Source of the DNA: Klebsiella pneumoniae
GTDB taxonomy: Bacteria; Pseudomonadota; Gammaproteobacteria; Ga0077536
Length of the DNA stretch: 64,000 bases
Direction of reading: 5' to 3'
Assembly: GCA_945876945.1 (NCBI GenBank)
Contig: CAMCQE010000005.1
Location: 922 to 64,921 of the forward strand
Shown here piece by piece: positions 26,738-37,852 of the stretch (positions within the stretch are counted from its first letter, which is position 1; each line of letters starts with the position of its first letter). The position numbers and the translations under genes are program-made. The notes under the pieces were generated by a model that saw only the letters and a list, made by a program, of their open reading frames with translations, was not told where the DNA came from and did not search any database.

Positions 26738-28229
26738 TGTTGGCTTCCTCCACGTAGTCCATCTGCAGTTGCGCCAGAAATTCGCGGAACTCGGGGTCAC
26801 GCGCCGCCGGCACCTGCATCCCGATCAGTACTCTGCCGTAAGCCGCGCCGTGGTTGCGGTAGTGGAACAGACTGATATTCCAGCGGTCGCCCACCTGATT
26901 GAGGAAATGCATTAACGCGCCCGGACGCTCGGGAAACTCCACGCGCAGCAGGCGTTCGTCGCCCAGCAGCCCGCCGTGGCCACCGACCATATGCCGGAGA
27001 TGGATCTTGGCGAGTTCATTGTCGGACATATCGAGCGCCGCGAAGCCTTTGTCCTTGAGGCTCGCCAGCAACTCGGCGCGGTCGCGATTGCCGCTGCGCA
27101 ACTGGACGCCTGCAAACACTGTGGCCTGCTCGCGGTCCGCATAGCGGTAATTGAATTCGGTAATCGCGCGCGGCCCCAGCGCATGACAGAACTGCCGGAA
27201 GCTGCCGGGCCGCTCGGGGATGGTGGCGCCGATAAGCATCTCGCGCTGCTCGCCGAGTTCTGCCAGTTCGGCAATATGGCGAAGCCGGTCAAAGTTCACG
27301 TTGGCGCCGGAGAGAATCGCCACCAGCGACTTATCAGTCAGGCCTTCGCGCGCCACGTACTGTTTCATCCCGGCCAGCGCCAGCGCGCCGGCGGGCTCGG
27401 CAATGGAGCGGGTGTCTTCAAAGATGTCTTTCACCGCCGCGCAGATTTCATCGATGCTCACCGTCAACACGGCGTCCACATGTTCGCGGGCGATCCGGAA
27501 CGGCTCGGCGCCCACCTGCTTCACCGCCGCGCCGTCGGCGAAGGTGCCGATGCGCGCCAAGACCACGCGCTCACCGGCTTCCAGCGCGCGGGCCATACAG
27601 GCGGATTCATCGGCCTCAACGCCGATGATGAGCACCTCCGGCGTGAGCGCCTTCACATAGGCCGCGATACCGGCAATCAGGCCACCGCCGCCCACCGGGA
27701 CAAAAATCGCGTGGAGAGGCGCCGTATGCTGACGCATGATTTCCATGCCCACGGTGCCCTGGCCGGCAATCACCAGCGGATGGTCGTAGGGCGAGACGTA
27801 GGTCAGGCCGCGGGTGGCGGCGAGTTCATGGGCATGCTCGGCGGCTTCGTCATAGGTGTTGCCGTGAAGCACGATGTCGGCTTCCAGCCTCCGCACGGCG
27901 GAGATTTTGATTTCCGGCGTGGTTTTAGGCATCACGATCAGCGCTTTCATGCCGAGCTTGCGGGCGGCGAGCGCCACGCCTTGCGCATGATTACCGGCTG
28001 AGGCGGTGATGACCCCACGGGCCCGCTCGTCAGCTGAGAGCGCGGCCATCAGCGTATAGGCGCCCCGCAGCTTGTACGAAAACACGGGCTGCATGTCTTC
28101 GCGTTTCAGCAACACGGTGTTCCCCAGACGCTGACTCATCAGCGGCAAAGGGTCGAGTGGCGTTTCACGCGCCACGTCGTACACGGGCGCGCGGAGAATC
28201 ATCTTCAGGTACTGGTCGAGCATGGCCAT
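26709..28229 (-). CDS. ilvA: threonine ammonia-lyase, biosynthetic
   Basis: 506 aa. Has the PLP motif [10 protein letters not shown] and two C-terminal ACT-like regulatory repeats. Confidence 0.93.
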   Translation of the reverse strand: MAMLDQYLKMILRAPVYDVARETPLDPLPLMSQRLGNTVLLKREDMQPVFSYKLRGAYTLMAALSADERARGVITASAGNHAQGVALAARKLGMKALIVMPKTTPEIKISAVRRLEADIVLHGNTYDEAAEHAHELAATRGLTYVSPYDHPLVIAGQGTVGMEIMRQHTAPLHAIFVPVGGGGLIAGIAAYVKALTPEVLIIGVEADESACMARALEAGERVVLARIGTFADGAAVKQVGAEPFRIAREHVDAVLTVSIDEICAAVKDIFEDTRSIAEPAGALALAGMKQYVAREGLTDKSLVAILSGANVNFDRLRHIAELAELGEQREMLIGATIPERPGSFRQFCHALGPRAITEFNYRYADREQATVFAGVQLRSGNRDRAELLASLKDKGFAALDMSDNELAKIHLRHMVGGHGGLLGDERLLRVEFPERPGALMHFLNQVGDRWNISLFHYRNHGAAYGRVLIGMQVPAARDPEFREFLAQLQMDYVEEANNVAYDLFLR

Positions 28230-28280
28230 AAGATACCATTGAAGTCAGAAACCGGCGGCGCGCTGGTCCCTGAGAGCGAT

Positions 28281-28934
28281 ATGAATCAAGACGAAAAGAA
28301 ACGTCGCGTGGCGCAGGCCGCGCTCGAATTTGTGCCTGACGATTGCATCGTCGGCGTCGGCACCGGCAGCACGGCCAACTTTTTCATCGACGCGCTGGGG
28401 GAACGTCGTGAGCGACTGCGCGGCGCAGTGGCGAGTTCCGAGGCCAGTGCCGCCCGACTGCGGGCGGTAGGCATTCCTCTCATTGACCTCAACGACGCCG
28501 GCGAACTGCCGGTTTATGTTGATGGCGCCGACGAAACCACCCGTGAACGCTGCCTGATCAAAGGCGGTGGCGGCGCGCTGACCCGCGAGAAAATCGTGGC
28601 CGCGGCCAGCAAAGTCTTTGTCTGCGTCGTCGACGACAGCAAGCTGGTGGCCCAGTTGGGGCGCTTCCCTTTGCCGATTGAGGTAATTCCGCTGGCCCGC
28701 GCCCAAGTGGCCCGTGCGCTTGAAGCCCTGGGCGGCCGCCCGGTGCTCCGCGAAGGTTTCATGACGGACAACGGCAACCAGATTCTGGACGTGCACGACT
28801 TGAAGATTGAGGCACCGGCCGAGCTGGAAAGCGCCCTCAATCAGCTCACCGGCGTAGTGACGAATGGCCTGTTTGCCCGGCGCCCGGCCGACATCGTCCT
28901 GATGGCGAGCGATGCCGGCGTTACGCGCCTGTAG
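28281..28934 (+). CDS. rpiA: ribose-5-phosphate isomerase A
   Basis: Has [22 protein letters not shown] and [13 protein letters not shown] prefer ATG 28281 over the track's TTG 28239. Confidence 0.93.
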   Translation: MNQDEKKRRVAQAALEFVPDDCIVGVGTGSTANFFIDALGERRERLRGAVASSEASAARLRAVGIPLIDLNDAGELPVYVDGADETTRERCLIKGGGGALTREKIVAAASKVFVCVVDDSKLVAQLGRFPLPIEVIPLARAQVARALEALGGRPVLREGFMTDNGNQILDVHDLKIEAPAELESALNQLTGVVTNGLFARRPADIVLMASDAGVTRL

Positions 28935-28938
28935 GCGA

Positions 28939-29778
28939 TTACGCCTTCTCTGCGGAAGATTCTGACGCTGGTAGCGCGGCCAGCGCGGCGGCCTGAATCT
29001 CGTCTTCTTCGTCTTCTTCGTCCTCTTCTTCAATAAACCATTTGCAGAAGAGGAGGCCGATTTCCCACAGCGCGCACATCGGCACCGCCATCAGCGTTTG
29101 GGAGACCGGGTCGGGCGGCGTCAGGATCGCCGCAAGCACAAACACGCCCACCACCACATAGGGCCGCTTCGCCACCAGATCCTGGCGCGTCGCGACCCCT
29201 GTTTTGACCAGCATGAAGGTGGCCACCGGGATCTCAAAAGCCAGACCGAACGCAAAGAACATCACGATGACGAAATCGAGATATTTGGAGATGTCGGTCA
29301 TCACGGTCACCCCCTCAGGGGCGGCGGTGGTCAGAAAGCCGAAGATGACGGGAAACACCGCGAAGTAGGCAAACGCGGCGCCCAGATAAAAGAGCCCGAC
29401 GGTGGACGCCAGCAGCGGCAAGGCCAGATGGCGCTCGTGGCGATAGAGCCCCGGCGAGACGAAGGCCCAGAGCTGATAAAAGAGGTAGGGGACGCTGATC
29501 ATGACCGCCATGAAGCAGGCGAATTTGAACGGCGCGAGGAAAGGTGAGGCGACTTCGGTGGCGATCATCTGGGCACCGACCTCCGACATCTGCGCGATCA
29601 TCGGCGCGGCCACCCACTCGTAGAGCGAATTGGCGATCGGCATTAGCACCAGAATGACGATCAACAGACACAGCACGCAACGAATCAGGCGGTCACGCAG
29701 TTCCTTGAGATGCGAGATGAAACTTTGTTCGCGCTCGTCGAAATCCGGCGGCGGCGCAGGTTCCTGATGGCGGCTCAT
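28939..29778 (-). CDS. tatC: twin-arginine translocase subunit TatC
   Basis: Six-TM protein with SFISHLKELRDRLIR at the N-terminus. It is downstream of tatA-tatB. Confidence 0.93.
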   Translation of the reverse strand: MSRHQEPAPPPDFDEREQSFISHLKELRDRLIRCVLCLLIVILVLMPIANSLYEWVAAPMIAQMSEVGAQMIATEVASPFLAPFKFACFMAVMISVPYLFYQLWAFVSPGLYRHERHLALPLLASTVGLFYLGAAFAYFAVFPVIFGFLTTAAPEGVTVMTDISKYLDFVIVMFFAFGLAFEIPVATFMLVKTGVATRQDLVAKRPYVVVGVFVLAAILTPPDPVSQTLMAVPMCALWEIGLLFCKWFIEEEDEEDEEDEIQAAALAALPASESSAEKA

Positions 29779-29787
29779 TCAGGGCAG

Positions 29788-30072
29788 TCAGGCGGCGCCC
29801 GGCCCTTTGGGTTCTATCGGTGGGGCGCTGATGGTAGAGGTATCCACCACGATGCGTTCGGAAGTGGTATTGCGCACTTCCTGCTGGAACCGGTTGAGTT
29901 CTTCGCGGCCGATGTCGCGGTCAAGCTCGGCGCGGAGTTCACGCGTGATGCGCTGGGCCCGGCCAATCCAGCGCCCCGTGGTGCGCACGAGTTCAGGCAG
30001 ACGTTCCGGCCCAACGACGAGCAAGGCCACGAGGCCTATCATCAGAATCTCGGTGAAACCGACTTCAAACAC
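29788..30072 (-). CDS. tatB: twin-arginine translocase subunit TatB
   Basis: N-terminus MFEVGFTEILMIGLVALLVVGPERLP. Confidence 0.88.
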   Translation of the reverse strand: MFEVGFTEILMIGLVALLVVGPERLPELVRTTGRWIGRAQRITRELRAELDRDIGREELNRFQQEVRNTTSERIVVDTSTISAPPIEPKGPGAA

Positions 30073-30084
30073 GGAAGCGGCCTA

Positions 30085-30309
30085 TCAGGAATGTTTCTGA
30101 TCGCCCGGCGCGACCGTTTCACCCTCAATCACAGGTTTATTGGCGACGGTATTGTTGGCTACCGTTTCGCTGTCGCCATCTTTGATGGCTTTCTTGAAGT
30201 CCCGGATCCAGCCGCCGACGTCAGATCCAAAGCCTTTAATTTTCTTCGTGCCGAACACCAACATCACAATGACGAGGATGACGATGAGTTCCTTGATACC
30301 GATGCCCAT
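30085..30309 (-). CDS. tatA: twin-arginine translocase subunit TatA
   Basis: N-terminus MGIGIKELIVILVIVMLVFGTKKI. Confidence 0.9.
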   Translation of the reverse strand: MGIGIKELIVILVIVMLVFGTKKIKGFGSDVGGWIRDFKKAIKDGDSETVANNTVANKPVIEGETVAPGDQKHS

Positions 30310-30363
30310 GGTGCTTCTCCTGAGCAGCGCCCGCGCGGCGCCGTCAATTGGATGGTTGAGAGC

Positions 30364-30687
30364 TTATTGTCCCCGACGGGAGGCTTTCTCCTCAATGCCC
30401 GAGACTCCGAAACGACGCCCCAGTTCCGCCAACACCGCCTCATGCCCCAGATTGCGGGCCGACAGCGCCACCAACGAATGGAACCAGAGGTCGGCAACTT
30501 CGTGGATGAGTGCTGCATCATCCTCGTTACCGGCGGCGATTACGACCTCGGTCGCCTCTTCGCCAATTTTCTTGCGAATCAGGTCCATCCCGCCGGCGTA
30601 AAGCTTGGCCACATACGAGGATCCCGGGTCGGCGCTCTTGCGTTGTTCCAGAATGGCGGCCAGCTGATGGAGAACGTCTACTTCCAT
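30364..30687 (-). CDS. hisE: phosphoribosyl-ATP pyrophosphatase
   Basis: Has SYVAKLYAGG...KIGEEATEV...EVADLWFH. Confidence 0.9.
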   Translation of the reverse strand: MEVDVLHQLAAILEQRKSADPGSSYVAKLYAGGMDLIRKKIGEEATEVVIAAGNEDDAALIHEVADLWFHSLVALSARNLGHEAVLAELGRRFGVSGIEEKASRRGQ

Positions 30688-30706
30688 GGGATTGCCTCGG
30701 GCAGCC

Positions 30707-31090
30707 TCAGCTGCGGTAAATCTCTTCTGGCGCTTTTAACACCGGGTCTACAGTCTCCCACTGCTCGCCCGTATGCCGGCGATAAAAACAGCTGGCGCGA
30801 CCGGTATGGCAGGCAATGCCGCCAATCTGCTCCACGAGCATGACGATGGCGTCGCCGTCGCAGTCCAGCCGGAGCTCATGCAAGCGCTGCACGTGGCCAG
30901 ACTCCTCGCCCTTGCGCCACAGCTTCTGCCGCGAGCGTGACCAGTACACCGCCCGGTTCTCAGTGACCGTGACGGCGAGCGCTTCGCGATTCATCCAGGC
31001 CACCGTGAGCACCCGGCCGGTGCTCGCGTCCTGCGCCACCGCGGCGATGAGGCCCTGCGCGTCCCACTTCACTTCGTCCAGCCAGCTCAT
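30707..31090 (-). CDS. hisI: phosphoribosyl-AMP cyclohydrolase
   Basis: Has AWMNREAL...[18 protein letters not shown]...DCDGD. Confidence 0.92.
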   Translation of the reverse strand: MSWLDEVKWDAQGLIAAVAQDASTGRVLTVAWMNREALAVTVTENRAVYWSRSRQKLWRKGEESGHVQRLHELRLDCDGDAIVMLVEQIGGIACHTGRASCFYRRHTGEQWETVDPVLKAPEEIYRS

Positions 31091-31848
31091 TGCCGAATCT
31101 CGATCCCGGCGGCGGCCAGATGGCGCTTGGCCTCACCCACGGTATGTTCGCCGAAATGGAAGATGCTCGCGGCCAGCACCGCGTCGGCGTGGCCTTCGGT
31201 GACGCCGGCCGCCAGATGGTCGAGCGTGCCGACCCCACCCGACGCAATCACCGGAATGGGGACCGCGTCGGCCACGGCACGGGTGAGCGCCAGATCAAAG
31301 CCGTCGCGAGTGCCGTCTCGATCCATGCTGGTCAGCAGGATCTCGCCCGCGCCGTACGCCGCCATTTTCGCGGCCCAGGCCACGGCATCAATGCCGGTCG
31401 TTTTGCGTCCGCCGTGGGTAAAGACTTCCCACTGATGCTCGCCGACCCGGCGGGCGTCGATGGCAACCACGATGCACTGCGAACCGTATTTGTTGGCGGC
31501 TTCGCGGACGAAGTCCGGGTTGAACACCGCCGCCGTGTTGATACCGACCTTGTCGGCCCCCGCCAGCAACATGCGCTGGACATCCGCGAGCGTGCGGATC
31601 CCGCCGCCCACCGTCAGCGGAATGAAGACCTGCGAGGCCACCTGCTCGACGACATCGACCATGGTCTGGCGCTCGTCGCTGCTGGCGGTGATATCGAGGA
31701 AAGTGATTTCGTCGGCGCCCTGCTCGTCGTAGCGGCGGGCAATTTCGACCGGATCGCCAGCGTCGCGAATGTTCAGGAAGCGCACGCCCTTGACCACGCG
31801 ACCCGCGTCAACGTCAAGGCAGGGGATGATTCGTCTGGCAAGACCCAT
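31087..31848 (-). CDS. hisF: imidazole glycerol phosphate synthase cyclase subunit
   Basis: Has [14 protein letters not shown] and LTVGGGIR. Its stop overlaps the hisI start. Confidence 0.95.
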   Translation of the reverse strand: MGLARRIIPCLDVDAGRVVKGVRFLNIRDAGDPVEIARRYDEQGADEITFLDITASSDERQTMVDVVEQVASQVFIPLTVGGGIRTLADVQRMLLAGADKVGINTAAVFNPDFVREAANKYGSQCIVVAIDARRVGEHQWEVFTHGGRKTTGIDAVAWAAKMAAYGAGEILLTSMDRDGTRDGFDLALTRAVADAVPIPVIASGGVGTLDHLAAGVTEGHADAVLAASIFHFGEHTVGEAKRHLAAAGIEIRQ

Positions 31849-31891
31849 AACGGCAAATCGGGGGGGCGGGAGCGGGAGAAACGGGCGCGGC

Positions 31892-32632
31892 TTAGCGGGC
31901 GCTCAGTTGATCCGCCAGCGCCTGCGCGGCGCGGAGATCGAGCGAACCCTCATAGATTGCGCGGCCGGTGACGGTGCCGCAGATGCCTTCTGATTCCACC
32001 GCGCACAGCGCGCGGATGTCATCGAGATTGGTCACGCCGCCGGAGGCAATGACCGGAATGGTGAGCTCGCGCGCGAAGGCCACAGTCGCATCCAGATTGA
32101 GCCCGTTCATCATGCCGTCGCGATGGATGTCGGTGAAGATGATGGCGTCGACGCCGTTGTCTTCGAACTGTTTGGCCAAGTCGAGCGCGTCGTGACGCGC
32201 GAGCTTGGACCAGCCTTCAATGGCCACTTTGCCGTCTCGCACGTCGAGGCCCACCATGATGTGGCCCGGAAACTCGAGGCACACGTCCTGCACGAAATGC
32301 GGCGTGGTCACCGCCTTGGTGCCGATGATGACGTAGCGCACGCCGGCATCGAGATAGCGCTGGATGGTGTCCTCATCGCGGATCCCGCCGCCCACTTCGA
32401 TGGGCACCTGCGGAAAGGCCTGCGCGATTTCGCGAATCACCGCGAAATTGATCGGCGAACCCACCGTAGCGCCATTCAAGTCGACCAGATGGAGACGTCG
32501 CGCGCCGTCGGCAACCCAGCGCGCCGCCATGGCGACCGGATCGTCGGAGTAGACGGTGTCGTCGGACATCACGCCCTGACGGAGACGGACGCACTTGCCG
32601 TCCTTGATATCGATGGCGGGGATGATCAGCAT
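31892..32632 (-). CDS. hisA: 1-(5-phosphoribosyl)-5-[(5-phosphoribosylamino)methylideneamino]imidazole-4-carboxamide isomerase
   Basis: Has [17 protein letters not shown] and EVGGGIR. Confidence 0.94.
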   Translation of the reverse strand: MLIIPAIDIKDGKCVRLRQGVMSDDTVYSDDPVAMAARWVADGARRLHLVDLNGATVGSPINFAVIREIAQAFPQVPIEVGGGIRDEDTIQRYLDAGVRYVIIGTKAVTTPHFVQDVCLEFPGHIMVGLDVRDGKVAIEGWSKLARHDALDLAKQFEDNGVDAIIFTDIHRDGMMNGLNLDATVAFARELTIPVIASGGVTNLDDIRALCAVESEGICGTVTGRAIYEGSLDLRAAQALADQLSAR

Positions 32633-32730
32633 GCGGAAAACTCAGCCTGCAGCGATCTGTGGAGCGCTGCTATTGGGGTGGTGGACGGTTCGATTTTCAA
32701 TTTAATGCGACAAGCCACTGGCCGCAAGGC

Positions 32731-35448
32731 TCAGTGGGCTTCATCCCAGTTCATGCCGTCGCGGACATCCACTTCCAGCCGCACCTCGAGTGCGGCCGCA
32801 GCGCTCATGCGCTCGCGCAAGCCCGCCTTCACGTGTTCGACGGCGGCGTCTTCCACTTCCAGCACCAGTTCGTCGTGGACCTGCATGATGATCTCCGCCG
32901 GCACCTTGTCCGTCAGCAACCAGTCGTCGACGGCGATCATGGCGAGCTTGATGATATCGGCCGCCGTCCCCTGCATCGGCGCGTTGATCGCCGTGCGTTC
33001 GGCATATTGCCGACGCTGCACGTTGCGGGAATTGATCTCGGGAAGGTAGAGACGTCGACCGAAGACGGTTTCCACATAGCCCTGCTCATGGGCCTGTGCG
33101 CGAATATCATCCATGTAGCGCTTAACGCCCGGATAACGCTCAAAGTAGAGATTGACGTAGCGCTGCGCCGCGCCGCGTTCGATGCCGAGCTGGCGAGCGA
33201 GACCAAACGCCGACATCCCGTAAATAAGCCCAAAGTTAATCGCCTTGGCGGAACGCCGCTGGTCGGCGGTCACGGCGGCGGGTTCCACGCCAAAGACTTC
33301 GGCGGCGGTGGCGCGATGCACGTCCTGCCCGAGCCCGAACGCGTCCAGCAGGCGTTCGTCGCGGGAAAGATGCGCCATGATTCGCAACTCGATCTGCGAA
33401 TAGTCCGCCGCCACCAGGCGCTTGCCCGGCGGGGCAATGAAAGCCTGACGAATACGGCGGCCCTCGGCCGTGCGCACGGGAATGTTCTGCAGGTTGGGAT
33501 CTGAAGACGACAGTCGCCCGGTGGCGGCGACCGCCTGATGGTAGCTGGTGTGCACGCGGCCGCTGTCGGGGTCGATGTCCTGCGGCAACCGGTCGGTATA
33601 GGTGGATTTCAGCTTAGAGAGCCCGCGGTGTTCGAGAATCAGCCGCGGCAGCGGGAATTGCTCCGCCAACTCCTGCAGCGCCGATTCTGCCGTTGAGGGC
33701 TGCCCGGTGGGCGTTTTCTCGGTGACGGGCAGGCCCAGACGGTCAAACAGAATGTGCTGGATTTGCTTGGGCGAGCCCATGTTGAAAGGCTCGCCGGCCT
33801 CCTTGATCGCTTCCTGCTCCACCTCGTGCATGCGCGCCAGCAGCGCCGTGCCCTGCTCGCGCAGCATCGCGGCATCCACCAGCACGCCTTTGCGCTCGAT
33901 TCGCGAGAGCACCGGTACCAGTCGCATTTCAACGTCTTCCAGCAGGGATTTGAGCGCGGGCTCGGGCGCAATCGCCGCCCATAATTTTTGATGCAGTCGC
34001 AGGCAGACGTCGGCGTCTTCCGCCGCATAGGGGCCGGCTTGCTCGAGCGGCACCTGATTGAACGTGAGTTGTTTCGCGCCCTTGCCGGCGACGTCCTCGA
34101 AATGAATCGTGCTACGGCCCAGCTGCTGCATGGCAACCGAGTCCAGATCGTGGCGACTCGCCGTGCTGTTCAGCACGTAGGACTCCAGCATGGTGTCGTA
34201 GCGAATGCCCCGAAGTTCAATGTCGTGATTGACCAGGACGTTGCGGTCGTATTTGGCGTGATGCCCGACTTTGCCGAGCAAAGGATTTTCCAGCAGCGGC
34301 TTCAGCGCACCGAGCACTTGCGCTTCGGTCAGTTGCGTTGGGGCGCCAATGTAGTCGTGACCGAAGGGCACGTAGGCGGCCTTGCCCGGCTCCACGCAGA
34401 ACGACACCCCCACCACGCGCGCCTGCATGTAGTTCAGGCTGGTGGTTTCGGTATCGAAGGCAAAGAGCTCGGCTTGCGCCAGAATCTCCAGCCACTCCGC
34501 GAAACGCGCTTCATCCAGCACGGTTTCGTAATGTTCGCGAGCGCTGGCCATGTCCGGCGGCGGTGGGGCGTCGGCCTGCAGCTCAACGGCCTGTTGTTCC
34601 AGCAAGCGCAGCGAGGTTTTCAGGCCCAGATTGCGATAGAGCTCGGCGAGCTGTTCGCGTTCTGGCGGGCGCACGACCAGTGCGTCGAGGGTCCACGGCA
34701 GGTCCAGCGCATCCATGATGGTCACCAGTTTGCGCGACAGCGGCAGGCGCGGCAGCGCCTCACGCAAATTCTGCCCCACCACGCCGGCGATGCTTTCGGC
34801 GCGCCGTTCGATTTCATCCAGCGAACCGTATTCGGCCAACCATTTGACGGCGGTTTTGGGACCCACTTTGGGCACGCCCGGGATGTTGTCGGAGGTGTCG
34901 CCGATGAGCGTGAGGTAATCGATGATTTGCGCCGGCTCGACCCCAAACTTGGCCTTTACCCCGGCGATATCCATGACGCTGTTTTCCTTGTCCATGGTGT
35001 TCACGAGGATGATGTTCTCGTTCACCAGCTGGGCGAGGTCCTTGTCGCTGGTGCAGATAATGACGTCACATCCCGCGCTCGCTCCGCGCCGGGCAAGGGT
35101 GCCGATGACATCGTCTGCTTCCACGCCATCAAGCACCAAGCGAGGCAAACCCTGCGCATCGATGATTTGGTTGATCAAGGGCACCTGGGAGGCGAGCTCC
35201 TCGGGCATCGAGGGGCGCGTGGCCTTGTAGTCAGCGAACCATTCATCGCGCTGGGTTTTGCCGCGCGGATCAAACACCACCGCGAAATACTCGGAGGGGT
35301 AATCCACTCGCAGGCGCGCGAGCATCGAGAGAATGCCGTGAATGGCGCCAGTGGCCTGACCGCTTGCATTGGTAAGCCCCGGCATGGCGTGAAAAGCCCG
35401 GTAGAGAAAGGACGATCCGTCTACCAGCACCAGTCTTGATTTAGTCAT
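32731..35448 (-). CDS. polA: DNA polymerase I
   Basis: 905 aa with a 5'-nuclease N-terminus, a 3'-5' exonuclease (FAFDTETTSL), and polymerase motifs (DYSQIELR, QVHDELV). Confidence 0.97.
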   Translation of the reverse strand: MTKSRLVLVDGSSFLYRAFHAMPGLTNASGQATGAIHGILSMLARLRVDYPSEYFAVVFDPRGKTQRDEWFADYKATRPSMPEELASQVPLINQIIDAQGLPRLVLDGVEADDVIGTLARRGASAGCDVIICTSDKDLAQLVNENIILVNTMDKENSVMDIAGVKAKFGVEPAQIIDYLTLIGDTSDNIPGVPKVGPKTAVKWLAEYGSLDEIERRAESIAGVVGQNLREALPRLPLSRKLVTIMDALDLPWTLDALVVRPPEREQLAELYRNLGLKTSLRLLEQQAVELQADAPPPPDMASAREHYETVLDEARFAEWLEILAQAELFAFDTETTSLNYMQARVVGVSFCVEPGKAAYVPFGHDYIGAPTQLTEAQVLGALKPLLENPLLGKVGHHAKYDRNVLVNHDIELRGIRYDTMLESYVLNSTASRHDLDSVAMQQLGRSTIHFEDVAGKGAKQLTFNQVPLEQAGPYAAEDADVCLRLHQKLWAAIAPEPALKSLLEDVEMRLVPVLSRIERKGVLVDAAMLREQGTALLARMHEVEQEAIKEAGEPFNMGSPKQIQHILFDRLGLPVTEKTPTGQPSTAESALQELAEQFPLPRLILEHRGLSKLKSTYTDRLPQDIDPDSGRVHTSYHQAVAATGRLSSSDPNLQNIPVRTAEGRRIRQAFIAPPGKRLVAADYSQIELRIMAHLSRDERLLDAFGLGQDVHRATAAEVFGVEPAAVTADQRRSAKAINFGLIYGMSAFGLARQLGIERGAAQRYVNLYFERYPGVKRYMDDIRAQAHEQGYVETVFGRRLYLPEINSRNVQRRQYAERTAINAPMQGTAADIIKLAMIAVDDWLLTDKVPAEIIMQVHDELVLEVEDAAVEHVKAGLRERMSAAAALEVRLEVDVRDGMNWDEAH

Positions 35449-35586
35449 ATCGCCAAGGCTTCCCGTCGTTTACCAAGCTCATGATCATTGCCCGTTTCGC
35501 TGACGAAAACGCAGCCCATCACACCGCGAGCTGATGCTATGCTACGGGCATCTAATCCACCATCGCACGCGATCGGGAAAGCTCAA

Positions 35587-35934
35587 ATGCGAACGACAAA
35601 ACCGCTACTTCTGATTGCAGGGCTTCTGGTTGGCGGTCTCGCACAGGCGGCCCAACCCGACAACCTCGAACAAATTCCGGAAGCGGCCCCGGCCCCGCTA
35701 GGCCCGATGGAAGACGGCAAGGCCATCGAGCCAGAAATCACCATCGTCCAACGCAAGGATGCCACGGTGCAGGAATACCGCGCTGGCGGTCGCGTCTACA
35801 TGGTGAAGGTCAAGCCCTTCATCGGACCCGCCTACTATCTGGTCGACAACGACGGCGACGGCAGGCTGGAAACGCGAGTGGGCAATTTGAACGAGAGCCC
35901 GGTCGTTCCGCAGTGGGTGATCTTCAGCTGGTAA
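35587..35934 (+). CDS. DUF2782 domain-containing secreted protein
   Basis: Signal peptide MRTTKPLLLIAGLLVGGLAQA. Core sequence is EITIVQRKDATVQEYRAGGRVYMVKV. It has the conserved position between polA and thrB, as in pseudomonads. Confidence 0.7.
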   Translation: MRTTKPLLLIAGLLVGGLAQAAQPDNLEQIPEAAPAPLGPMEDGKAIEPEITIVQRKDATVQEYRAGGRVYMVKVKPFIGPAYYLVDNDGDGRLETRVGNLNESPVVPQWVIFSW

Positions 35935-35963
35935 TTTGAGCTTGCCCGCCTCGCCGCTGACCC

Positions 35964-36932
35964 ATGGCGGTCTACACCAATCCCACCGCGGATGAGCTAG
36001 CGGGCTTCCTCAAACCCTACGCGCTCGGCGAGGTGATGCACTTCGCCGGCATCCGCGACGGCATCGAAAACTCCAACTTCTATCTCACGACCACGCAAAG
36101 AGGCGTGGTCGTAGAGCACGTGCTTACCGTTTTTGAAACCATGCCGACGGCAGCGCTGGGCTGGTATCTCGCCCTGATGGCGTTTCTCTCTGCACAAGGT
36201 ATCCCGTGCCCAGCCCCGCGCCTGACCCGCCACGGCGAGGCGCTGGGTGAATTGCGCGGTAAGCCCGCCGCCGTCTTTCAACGGCTGGCCGGTCAGAGCC
36301 TCACGCACCCTAATCCAGAGGCCTGCGCGGCGGTTGGCACCCTGCTGGCGCGCATGCATGTCGCTGGCGCTCGCTTTGAAGGACATCAAGCCGATCCGCG
36401 CGGCGCGCGCTGGCGCGACGAGACCGCGCGCTGCCTGCTCCCGACCCTCGACGAGCCGGGCGCTACGCTACTCGTTGAAGAACTTGCCCTGCAGAACACC
36501 GCTCCGTTGGGCGCGCTCCCTCATGGCGTCATTCACGCTGACTTGTTTCGCGACAACGTGCTGTTTGATGGGAATCGGCTGTGCGGCGCGATCGATTTTT
36601 ACTACGCCTGCCACGGCGCCCTGCTGTACGACCTCGCCATCACCGTGATCGATTGGTGCTTCATGGACAGGCCCGAACTGGATGTCCCGGCGGCCCGTGC
36701 GCTGGTCATGGCTTACGAGCAAGTCAGGCCGCTTACAGCGGCCGAGCGTCTGGCATGGCCTGGCGCCTGGCGCGCCGCCGGGCTGCGCTTCTGGCTGTCG
36801 CGCTTGAAAGACGCCCAACAACCCCGGGCAGGCGTCCTGACCTGGCAAAAAAATCCGGAAGCCTTCCGGCAGGTGATCTGCTTCGCGCGCTCAGCGCCAT
36901 CGCAGTTACTGAGCTTGCTCACCGAAAAATAA
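35964..36932 (+). CDS. thrB: homoserine kinase (APH/ChoK-fold, Pseudomonas type)
   Basis: Has GIENSNFYL and HADLFRDNVLF, with a thrB-type N-terminus MAVYTNPTADELAGFL. Confidence 0.88.
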   Translation: MAVYTNPTADELAGFLKPYALGEVMHFAGIRDGIENSNFYLTTTQRGVVVEHVLTVFETMPTAALGWYLALMAFLSAQGIPCPAPRLTRHGEALGELRGKPAAVFQRLAGQSLTHPNPEACAAVGTLLARMHVAGARFEGHQADPRGARWRDETARCLLPTLDEPGATLLVEELALQNTAPLGALPHGVIHADLFRDNVLFDGNRLCGAIDFYYACHGALLYDLAITVIDWCFMDRPELDVPAARALVMAYEQVRPLTAAERLAWPGAWRAAGLRFWLSRLKDAQQPRAGVLTWQKNPEAFRQVICFARSAPSQLLSLLTEK

Positions 36933-36945
36933 GCGCCAGAAAAAG

Positions 36946-36971
36946 AAAAAGCCCTCCGAAGAGGGCTTTTC
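36946..36971. terminator. bidirectional rho-independent terminator
   Basis: AAAAA-GCCCTC-CGAA-GAGGGC-TTTT lies between the convergent thrB and ompA-like genes. It is a perfect 6-bp GC stem with a tetraloop, flanked by A and T tracts. Confidence 0.85.
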
Positions 36972-36995
36972 CAGATGGCCGTGAGGCGCTCGAAC

Positions 36996-37661
36996 TTAGT
37001 TCGCGCTCACCATCAGATCAACGCGACGGTTTTGAGCGCGGCCTTCGGCCGTGTCATTGGTCGCAATCGGCTTGGTCTTACCGAAGCCAACTGGCGTCAG
37101 GCGCGCACCATCAACCCCTTTGCTGACCAGATAGGCCACCACGGCGTTCGCGCGGCGCTCGGACAGGGCCTGGTTGTAAGAGGCGGAGCCCACGGCGTCG
37201 GTGTGACCTTCAACGCTCAGCTTCACGGTGGGTTCGGCACCCAGCGTCGTGGCGGCGGCGTCAAGCTTGGCCTGGCCTTCGGCGGTGATATCAGCCTTGT
37301 TGAAGGCAAAGTGGGTGCCTTCGAGGCTGACGAGCTTGGTGCCAACGGCGGGCGGGGCCGGCGGCGGCGGCGGTGGGGTCACTTTGGCAACCGGGGCCGG
37401 CGGCGGGGTCGGCGCCGGAGCCGGGGCAACCGGTTTTTCATTTTCGTGGCAGATCAGGTAGCCGACAGCGGCGCCGAGCACCGCACCACCGGCCAGCGCG
37501 CCGGTTTCGTCGGTATCAGCACCGGCAGCCACAACACCAGCGCCAGCAGCGGCGCCAACGAGCGGGCACAGCACGTCGCCCGGCTTGATTTTTTGACCAC
37601 CGCAGCCCGCCATCGCGAGGCCGAGGCACAGTAAGAGTCCAGACTTGATATGGCGGTTCAT
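36996..37661 (-). CDS. OmpA-family lipoprotein (glycine-zipper + Pro-rich linker + OmpA_C domain)
   Basis: Lipobox LAMAGC and Pro-rich stretch PAPAPTPPPAP...PPPPPPAPP. The C-terminus has GHTDAVGSASYNQALSERRA. The ATG at 37661 follows GAGGAA. Confidence 0.88.
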   Translation of the reverse strand: MNRHIKSGLLLCLGLAMAGCGGQKIKPGDVLCPLVGAAAGAGVVAAGADTDETGALAGGAVLGAAVGYLICHENEKPVAPAPAPTPPPAPVAKVTPPPPPPAPPAVGTKLVSLEGTHFAFNKADITAEGQAKLDAAATTLGAEPTVKLSVEGHTDAVGSASYNQALSERRANAVVAYLVSKGVDGARLTPVGFGKTKPIATNDTAEGRAQNRRVDLMVSAN

Positions 37662-37852
37662 TGGTGAACGTTCCTCAGGGTTGTTTCGAAAGGCCAAACC
37701 TATTTGTCGCGCGGACGCAACGCATTTAGGCTTTGTCGCGGCGAGCATACGGCTTTTGACTGACAAGGCCAACACTTTCACGCCAAGAAACTTGAGTTAA
37801 ACCCGAAAAACAGCGGTTCCAGCCAAACATCGCGTTTGATTAGCACCACAAC

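Noticed and set aside
33988-35439. 483-aa plus-strand ORF; similar long ORFs at 665..1621(-), 1263..2306(-), 26976..28001(+), 29710..30843(+), 31090..31971(+), 57258..58172(+)
   Set aside because: All are antisense to, or out of frame with, genes carrying unambiguous family motifs (polA, gap, pgk, ilvA, tat, hisF, ruvC/nadA). Their sequences are Arg/His/Gly-rich nonsense.
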